Source of the DNA: Armatimonadota bacterium | GTDB lineage: Bacteria > Armatimonadota > UBA10988 | Length of the DNA: 64,000 nt | Direction: 5' to 3' | Assembly: GCA_016235455.1 (NCBI GenBank) | Contig: JACRKZ010000085.1 | Location: forward strand, 1-64,000 | Part shown: piece by piece, positions 27,495 through 38,867 of the stretch | Layout: each line of letters opens with the position of its first letter | Position numbering within the stretch: the first letter of the stretch is position 1 | Program-made: the position numbers and the translations under genes | The notes under the pieces: model-generated | The model's database searches: none | What the model saw: only the letters and a program-made list of their open reading frames with translations | Told to the model about the DNA's origin: nothing

Positions 27495-28781
27495 TCACTC
27501 CAAGGTGGGCAGGTAGGCGGCTTGCAGCGACAGCATGTCGTCCATCAACGCCCGCGAAGCCGCGATGCCAGGCGTACACGGATCCAGCAGCAACGCCTGC
27601 AACAGCGGCAAGCGCCGGCGCGTGGCGTAGGCCTCGGTGACCAGCGCGGTGATCTGGCACTGAAGCGTCAGCGCGGCGGCAAAGGCGTCGGGCAGCGCAC
27701 CGACGGGAACCGGGTGGACGCCGGACCGGTCCACCAGCGCCGGCACCTCCACCGCCGCCCAGACGGGCAGGTTGCCGATCAGCGGGCCGCCGTTGAGCAC
27801 ATTCACCGCCGACAGCCGCGTCGGCTCGGTGCGGCCGAGCGCGGCGATGCACGGCACCGCCAATTCACCGCTGGGCCGCAGCAAGGGCTCGGATGGGCCG
27901 GCACCACGTAGATACAGGTCCACCGGCGACTCGCTCGCCGCCTCGGCGCCCACGGCGCGGCTCTCGACGCCGTACGACCATTTGCGCCCGTGGAACTCGG
28001 CGCCGAAGGCGAAGTACTCGCCGATGTGGTCGTCGGAGGGGAAGGTGACCACCTCGAAGGCGCGGGCGAACTCGCGGAACAGCGGCGGCACGTCCAGCGG
28101 CTCGTCGGACTGTAGCCGCGCCAGCAGCGCCGGGAGGTGCTCCGTGCCGTCGCGCTTGTCCTTGACGCTCAGCGCGCAGTACGCATGGTTCAGCCCGGCC
28201 GAGGTGAGTTCCAGGTGTTCCGGCGGCACGCCGGTCAGCCGGGCGGCCAACTGCTCCAGCGAGAAGACGCCATGGCACAAGCCCAGCGCGCGCACCCCGG
28301 TCAGGTGCGACACGGCATGGAGCACGCGCGCCTCGGGGTTGGTAAAGTTGAGCAGCAGTGCGTCGGGACACAAGGCCTCGATGTCGCGGCAGATGGGGAT
28401 CATCAGGTGCAGGCTACGCAGCGCGTGGAACGCCGCGCCCGGCCCGCCGTTCTCGCCCAGGATGTGGTTCACGCCGTGCGCCTGGGGCACGCGGAAGTCC
28501 TGCTCCCACAGCGGCATGCGCCGCACGGAGACGGCGGTGATGACGTAATCGGAGCCGGGCAGAGCCGCGCGCCGGTCCGTGTGGCCAGTGACCGTCAGCG
28601 GCCGGCCGACCTCGGCGCTGAGCTTGTCGGCCAAGGCGGTCATGCGCCCCAGGGCGTCAGCGGCGGTGTCCACCAGACACAGCTCGACCTGGCCCAGACC
28701 GCGCGCTGACGGAGTGAGCAGATCGGCGATGATGCCGCGCCCGAAGCTGCCGCTGCCCGCGCCGATGACCGTGATCTTCAT
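27495..28781 (-). CDS. GH4 NAD-dependent alpha-galactosidase/glucosidase
   Basis: MKITVIGAGSGSFG, GENGGPG, LNFTNP, GLCHG, AGLNH, DHIGEY. Confidence 0.9.
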   Translation of the reverse strand: MKITVIGAGSGSFGRGIIADLLTPSARGLGQVELCLVDTAADALGRMTALADKLSAEVGRPLTVTGHTDRRAALPGSDYVITAVSVRRMPLWEQDFRVPQAHGVNHILGENGGPGAAFHALRSLHLMIPICRDIEALCPDALLLNFTNPEARVLHAVSHLTGVRALGLCHGVFSLEQLAARLTGVPPEHLELTSAGLNHAYCALSVKDKRDGTEHLPALLARLQSDEPLDVPPLFREFARAFEVVTFPSDDHIGEYFAFGAEFHGRKWSYGVESRAVGAEAASESPVDLYLRGAGPSEPLLRPSGELAVPCIAALGRTEPTRLSAVNVLNGGPLIGNLPVWAAVEVPALVDRSGVHPVPVGALPDAFAAALTLQCQITALVTEAYATRRRLPLLQALLLDPCTPGIAASRALMDDMLSLQAAYLPTLE

Positions 28782-28838
28782 GACGTCGCTCCGCTGGGCC
28801 AACGCGTTGCAGGGCTCCCTGTCAGGAGACACACCGCC

Positions 28839-29258
28839 GTGGACCCAAGCACCAAGGACTATGTCGCCATTGTACAGTGTCACATCGTCAAGCAGCGCTG
28901 CGCCGGCTACTTCTGCGAGCAGGCCCTGCAACAGCGCACCGGCGGGTTCGCCGCGTACCCCGCCGACCGCACCTACCGCCATGTGATGATCGATTGTGGC
29001 GGGTGCTGCGGGCGCGGCCTGCAACGCAAGCTGGCCAATCTGGTCCATCAACTCGAGAAGCAGGAAGGCATCACCCGCGACCGCGTGGCCGTCCAGCTCT
29101 CGTCGTGCATCACCAAGGACAGCCACCATGGCCCGCCTTGCCCGCACCTGGACTACCTCAAGACGCTCATCGCGCGGATGAACCTGGAGGTCGGCGAGGA
29201 TACGCGCATCTCGCGCCTGACCGAGAGCCGGCGCGAGTCGGGCGAGTACCAGGCGTAG
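28839..29258 (+). CDS. CGGC domain protein (putative metal/Fe-S binding)
   Basis: IVQC...CAGYFC, GGFAAY, DCGGCCG, LSSC, PPCPH; AGGAG RBS. Confidence 0.85.
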   Translation: MDPSTKDYVAIVQCHIVKQRCAGYFCEQALQQRTGGFAAYPADRTYRHVMIDCGGCCGRGLQRKLANLVHQLEKQEGITRDRVAVQLSSCITKDSHHGPPCPHLDYLKTLIARMNLEVGEDTRISRLTESRRESGEYQA

Positions 29259-29328
29259 ACCGGCGTTCGGCGGCGTGGCCAGTGGTCGGCCGGCCGGCTA
29301 GAATGGCGTGATAGCGGAGGTCCACCCG

Positions 29329-30132
29329 ATGCGCACGTTGTTCTACTGCCTGCTGCTGGCCACGCCCTTGTGGTCGGCCGAGCCGTACTTCGCCGAGAGC
29401 TTCGACGACACGAAGCTGAATGACCGTGGCTGGTACGACGGCGAACGGTACGTGTTGGGCAAGGAGCCCTTCGCCGGTGCCGGGTGCATCGAGTTCCACT
29501 GGCGCGCCGGCGACACCAAACCCGAGTACAGCCAGGGCGCCCGCCACGCCATCCCGCCCACGGACACGGTCTATGTGCGCTACTACCAGCGCCTGTCGCC
29601 CGGCTGGGGCTGGACCGGCGTGAACTACCACCCGCACCTGATGCTGCTGATGACCACCGAGAACGGCGCCTGGGACGGGCCAGCCGCCACCCACCTGACC
29701 ACCTACATTGAGCCTGTAAACGGACTGCTGCGTCTGGCGGCGCAGGACATCCAGAATCAGGATGCGCCGCACGGCCTGACCCAAGGAGAGCTCCGTGGCG
29801 GTTACAACGGAACGCTGTACGACAGCCAGGAGAAGGTCTTTGCCGACGCCAAGTGGCATCTGGTGGAGGCCATGTTCCGTCTGAACACGGTGGACGCGGC
29901 GGCTGGCACCTGGCAGCGTAACGGCGAACTGCGGGCCTGGCTGGACGGCAAGCTGCTCGTCGAACGCACCGACGCGGTCTTCCGCTCGGCGGACTTCCCC
30001 AACATGCGCTTCAACCAGTTCCTGATGCTGCCCTACTTCGGCGAGGGTCTGCTGCCTCACGCGCAGACGCTGTGGATCGACGAACTGGCCGTGGGCCCGG
30101 AACGACTGGGCCCGGCCAGGCACCCGAACTGA
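29329..30132 (+). CDS. Secreted hypothetical protein, possible beta-jelly-roll (polysaccharide lyase/ConA-like) fold
   Basis: Signal peptide; FAESFDD, VYVRYY, KWHLVE, GELRAWLDG, LWIDELAV. Confidence 0.6.
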   Translation: MRTLFYCLLLATPLWSAEPYFAESFDDTKLNDRGWYDGERYVLGKEPFAGAGCIEFHWRAGDTKPEYSQGARHAIPPTDTVYVRYYQRLSPGWGWTGVNYHPHLMLLMTTENGAWDGPAATHLTTYIEPVNGLLRLAAQDIQNQDAPHGLTQGELRGGYNGTLYDSQEKVFADAKWHLVEAMFRLNTVDAAAGTWQRNGELRAWLDGKLLVERTDAVFRSADFPNMRFNQFLMLPYFGEGLLPHAQTLWIDELAVGPERLGPARHPN

Positions 30133-30148
30133 GCTGGCCGCGGCCCGG

Positions 30149-31972
30149 TCAGGCGCCGGCGGTGACGAAACTGTGGTGCAGTCGGGCATAGAGCCCGCCG
30201 GCAGACACCAGGTCGTCGTGACTGCCCGATTCCACCACGCGGCCACCATCGAGCACCAGGATCACGTCCGCGTGGCGCACGGTGCTCAGCCGGTGGGCGA
30301 TGAGGAACGAGGTGCGCCCCTCCATCACCCGCAGCATGGCCTCCTGGATGTGCGCCTCGGTGCGGGTGTCCACGCTGCTGGTGGCCTCGTCGAGGATGAG
30401 GATGGCCGGATCGGCGAGGATGGCTCGCGCGATGGCCACGAGCTGGCGCTGGCCGCGGCTCAGGCCCGAGCCAGACTCCGTCAACACCGTGTCGTAGCCC
30501 TCGGGCAGATGGCGAATGAAGGCGTCGGCGTTGGCCACGCGCGCCGCTTCCACCACCTCGTCGTCGGTCGCCTCCAGGCGGCCGTAGCGGATATTCTCGC
30601 GCACCGTGTCGCCAAACAGGAACGGGTCCTGGGGCACGATGGCCAGGGCATGGCGCAAGTCCGCGCGACGCACGCCGCGCAGGTCGTGGCCGTCGATGCG
30701 GATGGCGCCGTTGGCCACGTCGTAGAACCGCGTGAGCAGGTTGATGATGGTGGTCTTGCCGGCGCCCGTCGGCCCGACCAGGCCGATGGTCTGGCCGGCA
30801 TGGGCGTGGAAGCTCACCTCGCGCAGCACCAGCGTCTCCGGCTCATAGGCGAAGTCGACGTTGTCGAACGTCACCTCGCCGCGCACGGCCGGCAGCGGCA
30901 CGGCATCGGGCTCGTCGGGCGGCTCGGGCGCCTCGTCCATGGTGGCGAAGACCCGCTCCGCGCCGGCGAGAGCGCCCTGCACCATGCCGTAGACCTGCGC
31001 GATCTGCATAAGGGGCCGCATGAACTGGCCGGAGTACTCCAGGAACGCCGCCACCAGGCCAATGGTGGCCAGGCCACGGCCCACCATCCAGCAGCCGGCC
31101 CCGACCATGATGGCGTAGCTCAGGTTGCGCGTCAGGTTCATGCACGGGCCCATGCTGCCGCCGATGATGCCCGCGCGAATGGCCGCCTTCTTGAGCCGCT
31201 CGTTGGCCTCGTCGAAGTCGGCCAGGATGCGCTCCTCGCGTCGGAAGGCCTTGACCACGCGCTGGCCGGTCAGAGTCTCCTCGATCAGGCCGTTGAGCGC
31301 CCCAAGATCCTTCTGCCGCGCCCTGAAGGCCACACGCGTCATCTTGCCGAGCAGGCCCGTAACGGCGTAGATCAGCGGCACCATGGTCATGGTCACCAGC
31401 GCCAGGCGCCAGTGCAGCCAGAAGATCATGACCAGCGTGGCAGTCAGCCCCAGCAGGCTGCCCACGAGTTGCACCACGCCCTGGCTCAGCGCGTTGTTCA
31501 CCGTGTCGACGTCGTTGGTCAGCCGGCTCATCACGTCGCCGTGAGCGTGGGTGTCGAAGAACGAGACCGACAGGCGCTGCAGCCGCTCAAACAGGTGCCG
31601 CCGCAGATCACGCACGGCGCGCTGCGACACCGTAACCATCAACACGCTCTGCAGGTACATGCCGACGGGGTTGATGATGTGGATCATCGCCAGCAGCCCG
31701 ACGATGTGGGCCAGATCACCAATGTGCCGCTGGCGCAGGCAGTGGTCGATGGCGCGGCCCAGCAGGTACGGCGCTAGCACGCCCAGCAGCGTGGTGATGA
31801 CCACCAGGCCCGAGACGATGATCAACTCGCGCGCACTGGAGCGCAGGTACGGCCACAGGCGGCGCACCGTGCCGCGGCGATCCTTGGCCTGCTGGAAGGT
31901 GACGCCGTGCATCGGCCCGCCGGGCCCGAAGCCGAACGGTCGCTGGGCCGGGGTCGTGCGCTGCTCACGCAT
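30149..31972 (-). CDS. Heterodimeric ABC exporter, subunit with consensus catalytic residues (TMD+NBD)
   Basis: GPTGAGKT, LSRGQ, LDEATS, IAHRLST; transmembrane N-terminal half. Confidence 0.92.
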   Translation of the reverse strand: MREQRTTPAQRPFGFGPGGPMHGVTFQQAKDRRGTVRRLWPYLRSSARELIIVSGLVVITTLLGVLAPYLLGRAIDHCLRQRHIGDLAHIVGLLAMIHIINPVGMYLQSVLMVTVSQRAVRDLRRHLFERLQRLSVSFFDTHAHGDVMSRLTNDVDTVNNALSQGVVQLVGSLLGLTATLVMIFWLHWRLALVTMTMVPLIYAVTGLLGKMTRVAFRARQKDLGALNGLIEETLTGQRVVKAFRREERILADFDEANERLKKAAIRAGIIGGSMGPCMNLTRNLSYAIMVGAGCWMVGRGLATIGLVAAFLEYSGQFMRPLMQIAQVYGMVQGALAGAERVFATMDEAPEPPDEPDAVPLPAVRGEVTFDNVDFAYEPETLVLREVSFHAHAGQTIGLVGPTGAGKTTIINLLTRFYDVANGAIRIDGHDLRGVRRADLRHALAIVPQDPFLFGDTVRENIRYGRLEATDDEVVEAARVANADAFIRHLPEGYDTVLTESGSGLSRGQRQLVAIARAILADPAILILDEATSSVDTRTEAHIQEAMLRVMEGRTSFLIAHRLSTVRHADVILVLDGGRVVESGSHDDLVSAGGLYARLHHSFVTAGA

Positions 31973-33767
31973 CGGCGTCTCCCGGCGCATTGGTCTGCGA
32001 CCAGACAATGTCGCGGTACGTGGGGCACGACTCCATCAGCTGGTCGTGCGGACCCAAGCCGACCACGACGCCGTCCTCCAGCACGGCCACCCGGTCGGCC
32101 GAGCGGATGGCGCCCAGCCGTTGGGCGATGACCAAGCGCGTGCACCGATGGTCCCACTCGGCCAGCGCGGCCAGCAGGCGCGCCTCGGTGCCGGCGTCGA
32201 GCGCGCTGGTGCAGTCGTCCAGCACCAGCACCTCCGGTCGGCACAGGACCGCCCGCGCGATGGCCAGTCGCTGCCGCTGCCCGCCGGACAGGTTGGTGCC
32301 CTGGGCCTCCAGCAGCGTCGCGTAGCCCTCGGGCATGGCGCTGACGAAATCGTGCGCCTGCGCCAAGCGGGCCGCGGCCTCGACCTCGTCGTCGCTGGCC
32401 TCGGGCCGGCCGAAGCGGATGTTGTCGGCCACGCTGATGCTGAATAGACTGGGCACCTGCGGCACAATGGCCACGCGCCCGCGCAGCTCCGACTGGCTCA
32501 CCTCACGCACGTCATCGCCACCCACGCACACCGCGCCGCCCAGCACGTCGTAGAAGCGCGGCACCAGGTTGGCCAGCGTCGACTTGCCCGAGCCCGTGGC
32601 GCCCACAATGGCCAGCACCTCGCCCGGCGCGACGTCGATGTCGATGCCGCGCAGCACTGGCTCCGCCTGCGCACCGCGGTACCCGAAATCCACCGCCGCC
32701 CAGCTCACGGCGGTGTCAGGGACCGATCTGAAAACGGTGTCAGGGACCGTTTTCGCTCTGCGAAAACGGTCCCTGACACCGTTTTCAGTGCTGACGTCTT
32801 CCACATCGTTGATGCTGGGGATGGTGCTGAGCACCTGTTCGATGCGTTCGGCGGAGGCGTCGGCCTGGACGAGGCGCACAACGAACATGCCGACCATCAT
32901 CAGCGAGAAGAGCATCTGCACCAGGTAGTTGGTGAATGCCAGGAGTTGGCCGAGTTTGGCCTCGCCCGCATAGACCTGCCAGCCGCCGAGCCACAGCGCC
33001 GCGACCAAGCCCATGTTCAGCGTGAACACCATGATCGGCAGCGTGGTGGCCGTGACGCGGCCGGCGGCGACGCCGCGGACCATGAGGTCGTCGTTGGCCA
33101 CGCCGAAGCGCTGCTCCTCATGGTCCTCGCGCACATAGGCGCGCACCAGCCGCGCGCCGGCCAGGTTCTCGCGCAGCACGACGTTAACGCGGTCCAGCCG
33201 GTCCTGGACCGCCAGGAACAGATCGTGGCCGCGACGGCTGATGTACATGAACGTCCACAGGAACAGCGGCGACATGACGACGATGAGCCAGCACAGCCGC
33301 GGGTAGGTGATGAGCGCCATGATCAGGCTGCCGACCATGGTCATCGGCGCGCGCACGAGGATGCGCATGACCATCATGGCCGCCTCTTGCACCTGCTCAA
33401 CGTCGTTGGTCAGCCGCGTCACCAGCCGGCCGGTCTCGAGGCGGTCGAGGTCGGCAAAGGAGAGGCTCTGCACCCGTCGCATGAGCGCGGAGCGCAGGTC
33501 GGCGCCGAAGTTGAGCCCGGCGAAGTTGGCGTAGATGCCACAACCCACGCCGAACACCAGGCCCAGCAGCGCGGCCAGCACCATGATCCCAGCGAGGCGC
33601 AGCGTCATGCCCATATCGGCCGCGGGCAAGGCGCGGTCCACGATGGTCTGCATCAGCCGCGGCTGAGTCAGGTCCATCGCCACTTCCAGCACCATCAGCG
33701 CGGGCGCGAGCAAGGCCCACTTCCGATAGGGCCGCATGTATCGCAAAAGGCCACGAAATGCACGCAC
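31965..33767 (-). CDS. Heterodimeric ABC exporter, degenerate subunit (TMD+NBD), carrying an in-frame palindromic insertion
   Basis: GATGSGKS, LSGGQ, LDDCTS (E to D), IAQR (H to Q); linker contains ENGVRDRFRRAKTVPDTVFRSVPDT. Confidence 0.92.
   Translation of the reverse strand: MRAFRGLLRYMRPYRKWALLAPALMVLEVAMDLTQPRLMQTIVDRALPAADMGMTLRLAGIMVLAALLGLVFGVGCGIYANFAGLNFGADLRSALMRRVQSLSFADLDRLETGRLVTRLTNDVEQVQEAAMMVMRILVRAPMTMVGSLIMALITYPRLCWLIVVMSPLFLWTFMYISRRGHDLFLAVQDRLDRVNVVLRENLAGARLVRAYVREDHEEQRFGVANDDLMVRGVAAGRVTATTLPIMVFTLNMGLVAALWLGGWQVYAGEAKLGQLLAFTNYLVQMLFSLMMVGMFVVRLVQADASAERIEQVLSTIPSINDVEDVSTENGVRDRFRRAKTVPDTVFRSVPDTAVSWAAVDFGYRGAQAEPVLRGIDIDVAPGEVLAIVGATGSGKSTLANLVPRFYDVLGGAVCVGGDDVREVSQSELRGRVAIVPQVPSLFSISVADNIRFGRPEASDDEVEAAARLAQAHDFVSAMPEGYATLLEAQGTNLSGGQRQRLAIARAVLCRPEVLVLDDCTSALDAGTEARLLAALAEWDHRCTRLVIAQRLGAIRSADRVAVLEDGVVVGLGPHDQLMESCPTYRDIVWSQTNAPGDADA
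32711..32788. repeat. Intragenic palindromic element (CGGTGTCAGGGACCG family), copy 1
   Basis: Perfect 29-bp arms 32728-32756 / 32760-32788 plus an extra CGGTGTCAGGGACCG at 32711-32725. Confidence 0.9.
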
Positions 33768-33831
33768 GACCGGGTATCCTGGGCTCTAGGATACGCCTAA
33801 GTGGCGGTTGGGGCCAGAAACATGGGGGCCA

Positions 33832-34413
33832 CTACACCAGGTCGCACGCATCCGCGGGCATCCAGTGCGCGTCCATGCCGTCCCACTTCACGTTGCAGCC
33901 GATGGGGTTGGTCAGCGGCGTGGTGACGCTCGCGCCGGCGACGATCTCGGCCAGGGCGTTGTCCAGGTCGTTGACCGTCATCTTGGTCACATCGCGCGGG
34001 CTGTCCACGCCGCGGCCGGTGTAGACCAGGCGGCGCTCGGCATCGAACACGAAGAAGTGCGGCGTGCGCAGCGCGCCGTAGGCGCGGGCCACGTCCTGGC
34101 TCTCGTCCCGCAGATAGACCCACGGGAAGCGGTGCTCGGCCATGCGCTCCACCATGTGGTCGAACGAGTCCTCGGCGTAGGTCTGCTTGCTGTTGGCGTT
34201 GATGCCCACGAAGCGCACTCCGTGTCCCGCGTACTTGTCGGCGGTGGCGCGCGTCACCTCGTCCGAACCGACGACGTACGGGCAGTGGTTGCAGGTGAAG
34301 AAGACCACCAGCGTGTTGGCCTCGGCAAAGTCGGCCAGGCTCCAGGTCCGGCCATCGGTGCCCGGCAGAGCAAAGTCGGGCGCCTCGGCCCCCAGGGGTA
34401 GCGTGAATGGCAT
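33832..34413 (-). CDS. Thioredoxin-family (AhpC/TSA-like) protein
   Basis: [38 protein letters not shown]. Confidence 0.9.
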   Translation of the reverse strand: MPFTLPLGAEAPDFALPGTDGRTWSLADFAEANTLVVFFTCNHCPYVVGSDEVTRATADKYAGHGVRFVGINANSKQTYAEDSFDHMVERMAEHRFPWVYLRDESQDVARAYGALRTPHFFVFDAERRLVYTGRGVDSPRDVTKMTVNDLDNALAEIVAGASVTTPLTNPIGCNVKWDGMDAHWMPADACDLV

Positions 34414-34439
34414 AGCGTGCCTCCAGTACTCAGTATGCG

Positions 34440-37400
34440 TCAGCGCGCGCCGATGGCCAGATCGTCCAGGTACCACGTAGCGCCGACGGGATTGCCTTGG
34501 AACCCGGCGTTGACGTACGGATCCGGCTCCAGGTTCCCCGCCATGAGCCGCATGATGCGCAGGTCATCGCTGCGCCCGGCCTTCTGCAGCACCTGGCTCA
34601 GGTCGATTTTGGCCTCGTGCCAGCGGTTGTCGGCGGTGATGCCTTCCACCTGGCCCAACATGACCTGGCCCGGCGCGGCCTCCTCGCCGCCGGTCAGCCG
34701 CAGCACACCCACCGCGCCGCCGCCCAGGTCTGCATAGAGATTGGTGCGCACGTTGGCCGGGATGCGGTAGCGGAAGGTCAGCAGCGGGTGCTCCTTGGCC
34801 ACGAAGCTCCACTTGGCCAGCTTCACCAGGAACGTGCCGCCCGAGACCAGGTTGGTCATCTGCAGCGCGTAGCGGCCCTCTGCGGCCTCACGCGTGCGTG
34901 TGCAGAGCACATGTTGCGCGTTGTCTACCGCCGCCACGCCGCCGAGACCGACCTCGAAGTCGTTGCGCCAGTCCTCTTTGACCTCGTCGCCGTCGTCGGC
35001 CGCGGCCAGCATGGCGCCCGTGTCGGGCAGCTTGGCGGGCTCGGCCAGATGCTCATAGGTGATCCGCGCGCGAGTCACGTTGAGCGTGTTGTTGACGGCG
35101 TAGATGGCCACGTGGCCGCTGTCGATGGGGTTCGGATCGGCCACGTCGAAGACCGTGCGGTCGTCGAGCTGGCACAGGATGCGCCCGCCGGCCTTACGCA
35201 CGCTCAGGTGGAACCAGTGCCGATGGAATTCGGTCAGGCCATTGCCGGCATCGCTCGTGTAGCGGAACCGGCCGTCATCGGTCTTGTTCTCGGCCATGAG
35301 CTTGCCGTTCTTGTAGAGCAGCGACGCCGTGTTGTTGCGCCCGGCGAAGAGGAACGCGTAGCCGCTGTTGACCTGCTGTCCGTCGCCACACAGCGTGACG
35401 GACAGGTCGCTGGGGTGGAAGTAGTGCTCGCCCTGGCGCGAGTCCATCTTGATGCCCATGTAGGCATCGACTTGCACATCACCGCCGAAGGCCTGCTTGG
35501 TCCAGATGGTCGGGTTGCGGTCGCCGAAGCCACCGAAGAAGCTCCAGCGCGGGTCGCACTTCCAGCGGTTGGTGGTCTCCCACACGCCCTTGGCCTGCCA
35601 CCATTCCCACGGCGCGCGCACGAAGGTGGTGTCGAAGCACTGCTCGGCGGCCACCTGCACCCGCGCCAGATCGAATCGGGCCTCCGAGCTGCGCAGCGCC
35701 ACCTGCGGACCGTCCAGCGGCTGGCCGGGCTCCTGCCAGGTGAGCAGCGCCGCATTGTCGGCCATGGCCACCAGCGAACGGCCACGCCGCACGAAGCGCA
35801 GCAGGTTGACGTCCTGCAGCGACCCGGCCGCCTTGGCCACCTCCTGGTCGCCACGGCGGATGCTCAGTTGCACCTGCCGGCGCTTGTCGTTGTCCTGCTC
35901 GATGAGCAGGTTGTAGCCGGTGTCGGGTTTGCGTCGCTCGCCGCCGATGGTCAGCCGCAGCTTGCGCTGACGGTCGTTCCAGACGCGTTTGGCGTCCACC
36001 ACCAGTTCCACGGGTCCGTGGACGTCGCTGCGGTACCACAGGTTGCCGTCCTCGCGGTCGTGCTCGTCGAGCCACCAAGAGCCTTCGGGCCGCGCCCACT
36101 GCGCCATCAGCTCCTCCTGGCTGAACTGCGGCGCCACTTCGGGCGAGAACTCCACCTCATGTACCTGGGGCATGGGCGTCACGGTGCAACCGGCGAACAT
36201 GGCGCCACGCTGGCCCCAAAGACCGGCCTTGCCGCTCTCCTGGCTCGGCTCGAACGCCTCCACCACCGATTCACCATCGACCCGCACCGTGACGAAGCCA
36301 CCGCGTGACGAGGCCGACAGCTTGGACCAGCGGTCGCGGCGCGCCGGCAGCGGCGCCTCGGCCAGCACCTTCACATTGGGTCCGTCCACCTTGACCAGCC
36401 GCAGCCGGTCGGCCCAGCGCACCTGCAGCCCATGGTCGGCATCGGCCGAGCAGAGCACCAGTCCCACGCCGCCGTCGCCGGCCCGCACCTGACTGGACAC
36501 TTCGTAGGCAGACCAGTCCGCCGAGCCGGTGAGCGCGAGGCCCTCGGTGCCGGCCTTGATGAACTTGATGCCCTGGCCGTCGGGCCCCTTGGCGCCCAGG
36601 TCGAAGCCCCACTCGCCGGCCACCGCGCGCCACAGGCCCGGCGTGAGCCGGTCGAAGCGATCGCGCAGGCCGTCGAGACCGGCCACCTGCACATCGTCAA
36701 AGTCGGCGAACGCCACCGACCGCGCGTAGAGGCCGACCTGGCCCTGGCCATACAGGTCGCAGGCCGCGGACAGCACGGGCTCACCGTCGACAAACGCGGT
36801 CAGGCGACCATCGCCAAGCTCCAAGCCCAGCCGGTACCACTGGTCGGCGCGCCAACTGCCGGGCGCCTCGGCCAGCACCTGCCGCTGCCCGTTGACGTGA
36901 GCCACCAGCCGGCGCACGTTGCCCGGTCCCCAGGCCCATTCGAAGGCCAGGTAGTTGCGGTCGTCGCGCAGGTAGCCAGCCACACCGATGGCGGCGTCCT
37001 TGCCCTGCGCCGGGCCGGGCCGGGCCGAGACCTCGGCGCGATAGCTATCCCAGAACCACTGGCCCGCGGTGGCCAGGGCTTCGCCCTTGACGTCGCTGGC
37101 GCGGTAGGCGAACGGGTTGGCGCTGAACGTGGCCTGCGGTCGTTTGCCGGGGTCTTCCACGTTCTCCTCGCTCACGCCGCTGGCCGCCCACTTGCCCGAG
37201 CGCGTCTGCCAGTCGCCCTGGCCGCCGCGCACGCGCATGAAGTCGTCGTCGAAGTACAGCGCCTCGACCGGCTGTACCTTGCTCTCGATGAGGTCCAAAC
37301 CGGCATCGCTGGTGCCCGCGGCCACCTTGCCGGGCGGCAGGTCGTCCCAGGCGCTGAGCACGACCCGGTCGTCGGCCAGAAGGCGCAGCCGGCGGCCAGA

Positions 37401-38789
37401 GCGGTCGATGGTCACCTGCGCGGGCATGGTCTCGACCTTGCCCTGGGCCAACAGCGTTTCCGCACCGCCCGGCTCCGCTCGCGACAGCTTGGCGGTGCCG
37501 CCCGCGAGGCTCAGCACGTGGCTCGCGCCCTTGTCGTCGGCGTCGAAGACCAGGCCCACCGTCGCCGCGGCCGGTGCATCTTCCGGCGCGTCGAGCGCCA
37601 GACTGATCTTGTAGGCCTCAACATTGGCGTCAGGCAGATCGTGCAGCGCCACCTTGGCCGCGCTCAGCGAGCGGCTGGTCAGCCGGCTGACCGGGCCGCC
37701 ATCGCGACTGCGCAGCTTCACCGCGTAGAGGTTGCCGTCCATGCAGCCGGCGTAGAGCCGCTCGCCAACCACCACCGGAGGCCACATGATGCCGCGCAGG
37801 TACTGGTCGCTGCCCGGCTGCGGCGTGGTCCAGCGGCTCTTGATCTCGCCCGAGCGCAGATCCACGAAGTTGAGCGAACCATCCTTGTTGCCGGCCACAC
37901 CCAGGCGGCCCAGCGGCGTCGGCGCGCTCGGCCAGGCGTCCGGCGCGTCACGCTGCCAGCGGCGCTCGCCCGTGGCGGCATCGAGCGCGTAGAGGCGGTA
38001 GTCGATAGACCCAAACAGCAGCAGCCCGCGCGACAGCACCAACGTCGACCAGTTGCTGACCTGGTCGGCGGGCACCGGCGGTTGCGGTGAGGTGTACTTC
38101 CAGATCTGCTTGCCGTCGGCCACGGCCAGGCAGTAGGTGGTGTCGTTGGGCAGCTTGACATACACCCGCTCGCCGGCCACCAGCGGCATCGAGTCGACGA
38201 TGCCGTCCGTGGTGAACGTCCAGGCCAGCTTGCCCGTGGCGGCGTCGAGCACATACAGCTTGCGGTCGTGCGAGCCGACGAACAGTCGGCCGTCGGCCAG
38301 CGCCATGCCCGAGCCCATGCGCGCGCCAAGCTGGTAGCTCCACTTGAGCTGCCCACTGGACGAGACCAGCGCGCGCAGCGTGCCGGTCTCGCCATTGCCC
38401 TGGAAGACCAGCCCACCGCCGACCGCCGGAGCGGCATAGGGCAGCCCGTCGAGCGTGTGCTGCCACTTGACATGGCCCGTGCGGGCGTCGAGCGCGGTGA
38501 GGATCTTGTCGGTGGAGGCACAGAAGGCCAGCCCGTCGGCCACCGTCACGCCGGCGTAGAACTTGCCGCCCGCGGGGTAGTCCCACAACACCTTGCCGCT
38601 GTCGGCGGCCAGCGCATAGACATGCTGGTCGAGCGCCGCGGCGTAGACCGTGTTACCGACCACGGCCGGCGCCGCGTAGAACCCGCCAGGCGCCGAATGC
38701 TTCCACATCAACTCGACAGGTGGCTCGTCTTGGGCCCACACCGCCACGACCGAGACCAGAACCATCAGCGCGAGACGCGCACGAACCAT
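34440..38789 (-). CDS. Large secreted protein: PQQ/BamB-like beta-propeller repeats followed by several LamG/DUF1080-like beta-sandwich domains
   Basis: Signal peptide; repeated YALDAATG..W motifs; later WYRLGL...VDG..V, GQVGL, FDDVQV patterns. Confidence 0.7.
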   Translation of the reverse strand: MVRARLALMVLVSVVAVWAQDEPPVELMWKHSAPGGFYAAPAVVGNTVYAAALDQHVYALAADSGKVLWDYPAGGKFYAGVTVADGLAFCASTDKILTALDARTGHVKWQHTLDGLPYAAPAVGGGLVFQGNGETGTLRALVSSSGQLKWSYQLGARMGSGMALADGRLFVGSHDRKLYVLDAATGKLAWTFTTDGIVDSMPLVAGERVYVKLPNDTTYCLAVADGKQIWKYTSPQPPVPADQVSNWSTLVLSRGLLLFGSIDYRLYALDAATGERRWQRDAPDAWPSAPTPLGRLGVAGNKDGSLNFVDLRSGEIKSRWTTPQPGSDQYLRGIMWPPVVVGERLYAGCMDGNLYAVKLRSRDGGPVSRLTSRSLSAAKVALHDLPDANVEAYKISLALDAPEDAPAAATVGLVFDADDKGASHVLSLAGGTAKLSRAEPGGAETLLAQGKVETMPAQVTIDRSGRRLRLLADDRVVLSAWDDLPPGKVAAGTSDAGLDLIESKVQPVEALYFDDDFMRVRGGQGDWQTRSGKWAASGVSEENVEDPGKRPQATFSANPFAYRASDVKGEALATAGQWFWDSYRAEVSARPGPAQGKDAAIGVAGYLRDDRNYLAFEWAWGPGNVRRLVAHVNGQRQVLAEAPGSWRADQWYRLGLELGDGRLTAFVDGEPVLSAACDLYGQGQVGLYARSVAFADFDDVQVAGLDGLRDRFDRLTPGLWRAVAGEWGFDLGAKGPDGQGIKFIKAGTEGLALTGSADWSAYEVSSQVRAGDGGVGLVLCSADADHGLQVRWADRLRLVKVDGPNVKVLAEAPLPARRDRWSKLSASSRGGFVTVRVDGESVVEAFEPSQESGKAGLWGQRGAMFAGCTVTPMPQVHEVEFSPEVAPQFSQEELMAQWARPEGSWWLDEHDREDGNLWYRSDVHGPVELVVDAKRVWNDRQRKLRLTIGGERRKPDTGYNLLIEQDNDKRRQVQLSIRRGDQEVAKAAGSLQDVNLLRFVRRGRSLVAMADNAALLTWQEPGQPLDGPQVALRSSEARFDLARVQVAAEQCFDTTFVRAPWEWWQAKGVWETTNRWKCDPRWSFFGGFGDRNPTIWTKQAFGGDVQVDAYMGIKMDSRQGEHYFHPSDLSVTLCGDGQQVNSGYAFLFAGRNNTASLLYKNGKLMAENKTDDGRFRYTSDAGNGLTEFHRHWFHLSVRKAGGRILCQLDDRTVFDVADPNPIDSGHVAIYAVNNTLNVTRARITYEHLAEPAKLPDTGAMLAAADDGDEVKEDWRNDFEVGLGGVAAVDNAQHVLCTRTREAAEGRYALQMTNLVSGGTFLVKLAKWSFVAKEHPLLTFRYRIPANVRTNLYADLGGGAVGVLRLTGGEEAAPGQVMLGQVEGITADNRWHEAKIDLSQVLQKAGRSDDLRIMRLMAGNLEPDPYVNAGFQGNPVGATWYLDDLAIGAR

Positions 38790-38867
38790 TGTCCATCCCC
38801 GAGCACCCGGCAGGAGTCGTCCGCCGGGTCACAAACCAACACCAGCACCGACGGCCAAGGAGGCACC

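Noticed and set aside
32711-32788. Mini CRISPR array
   Set aside because: Units are inverted or nearly adjacent with no unique spacers, and there are no cas genes
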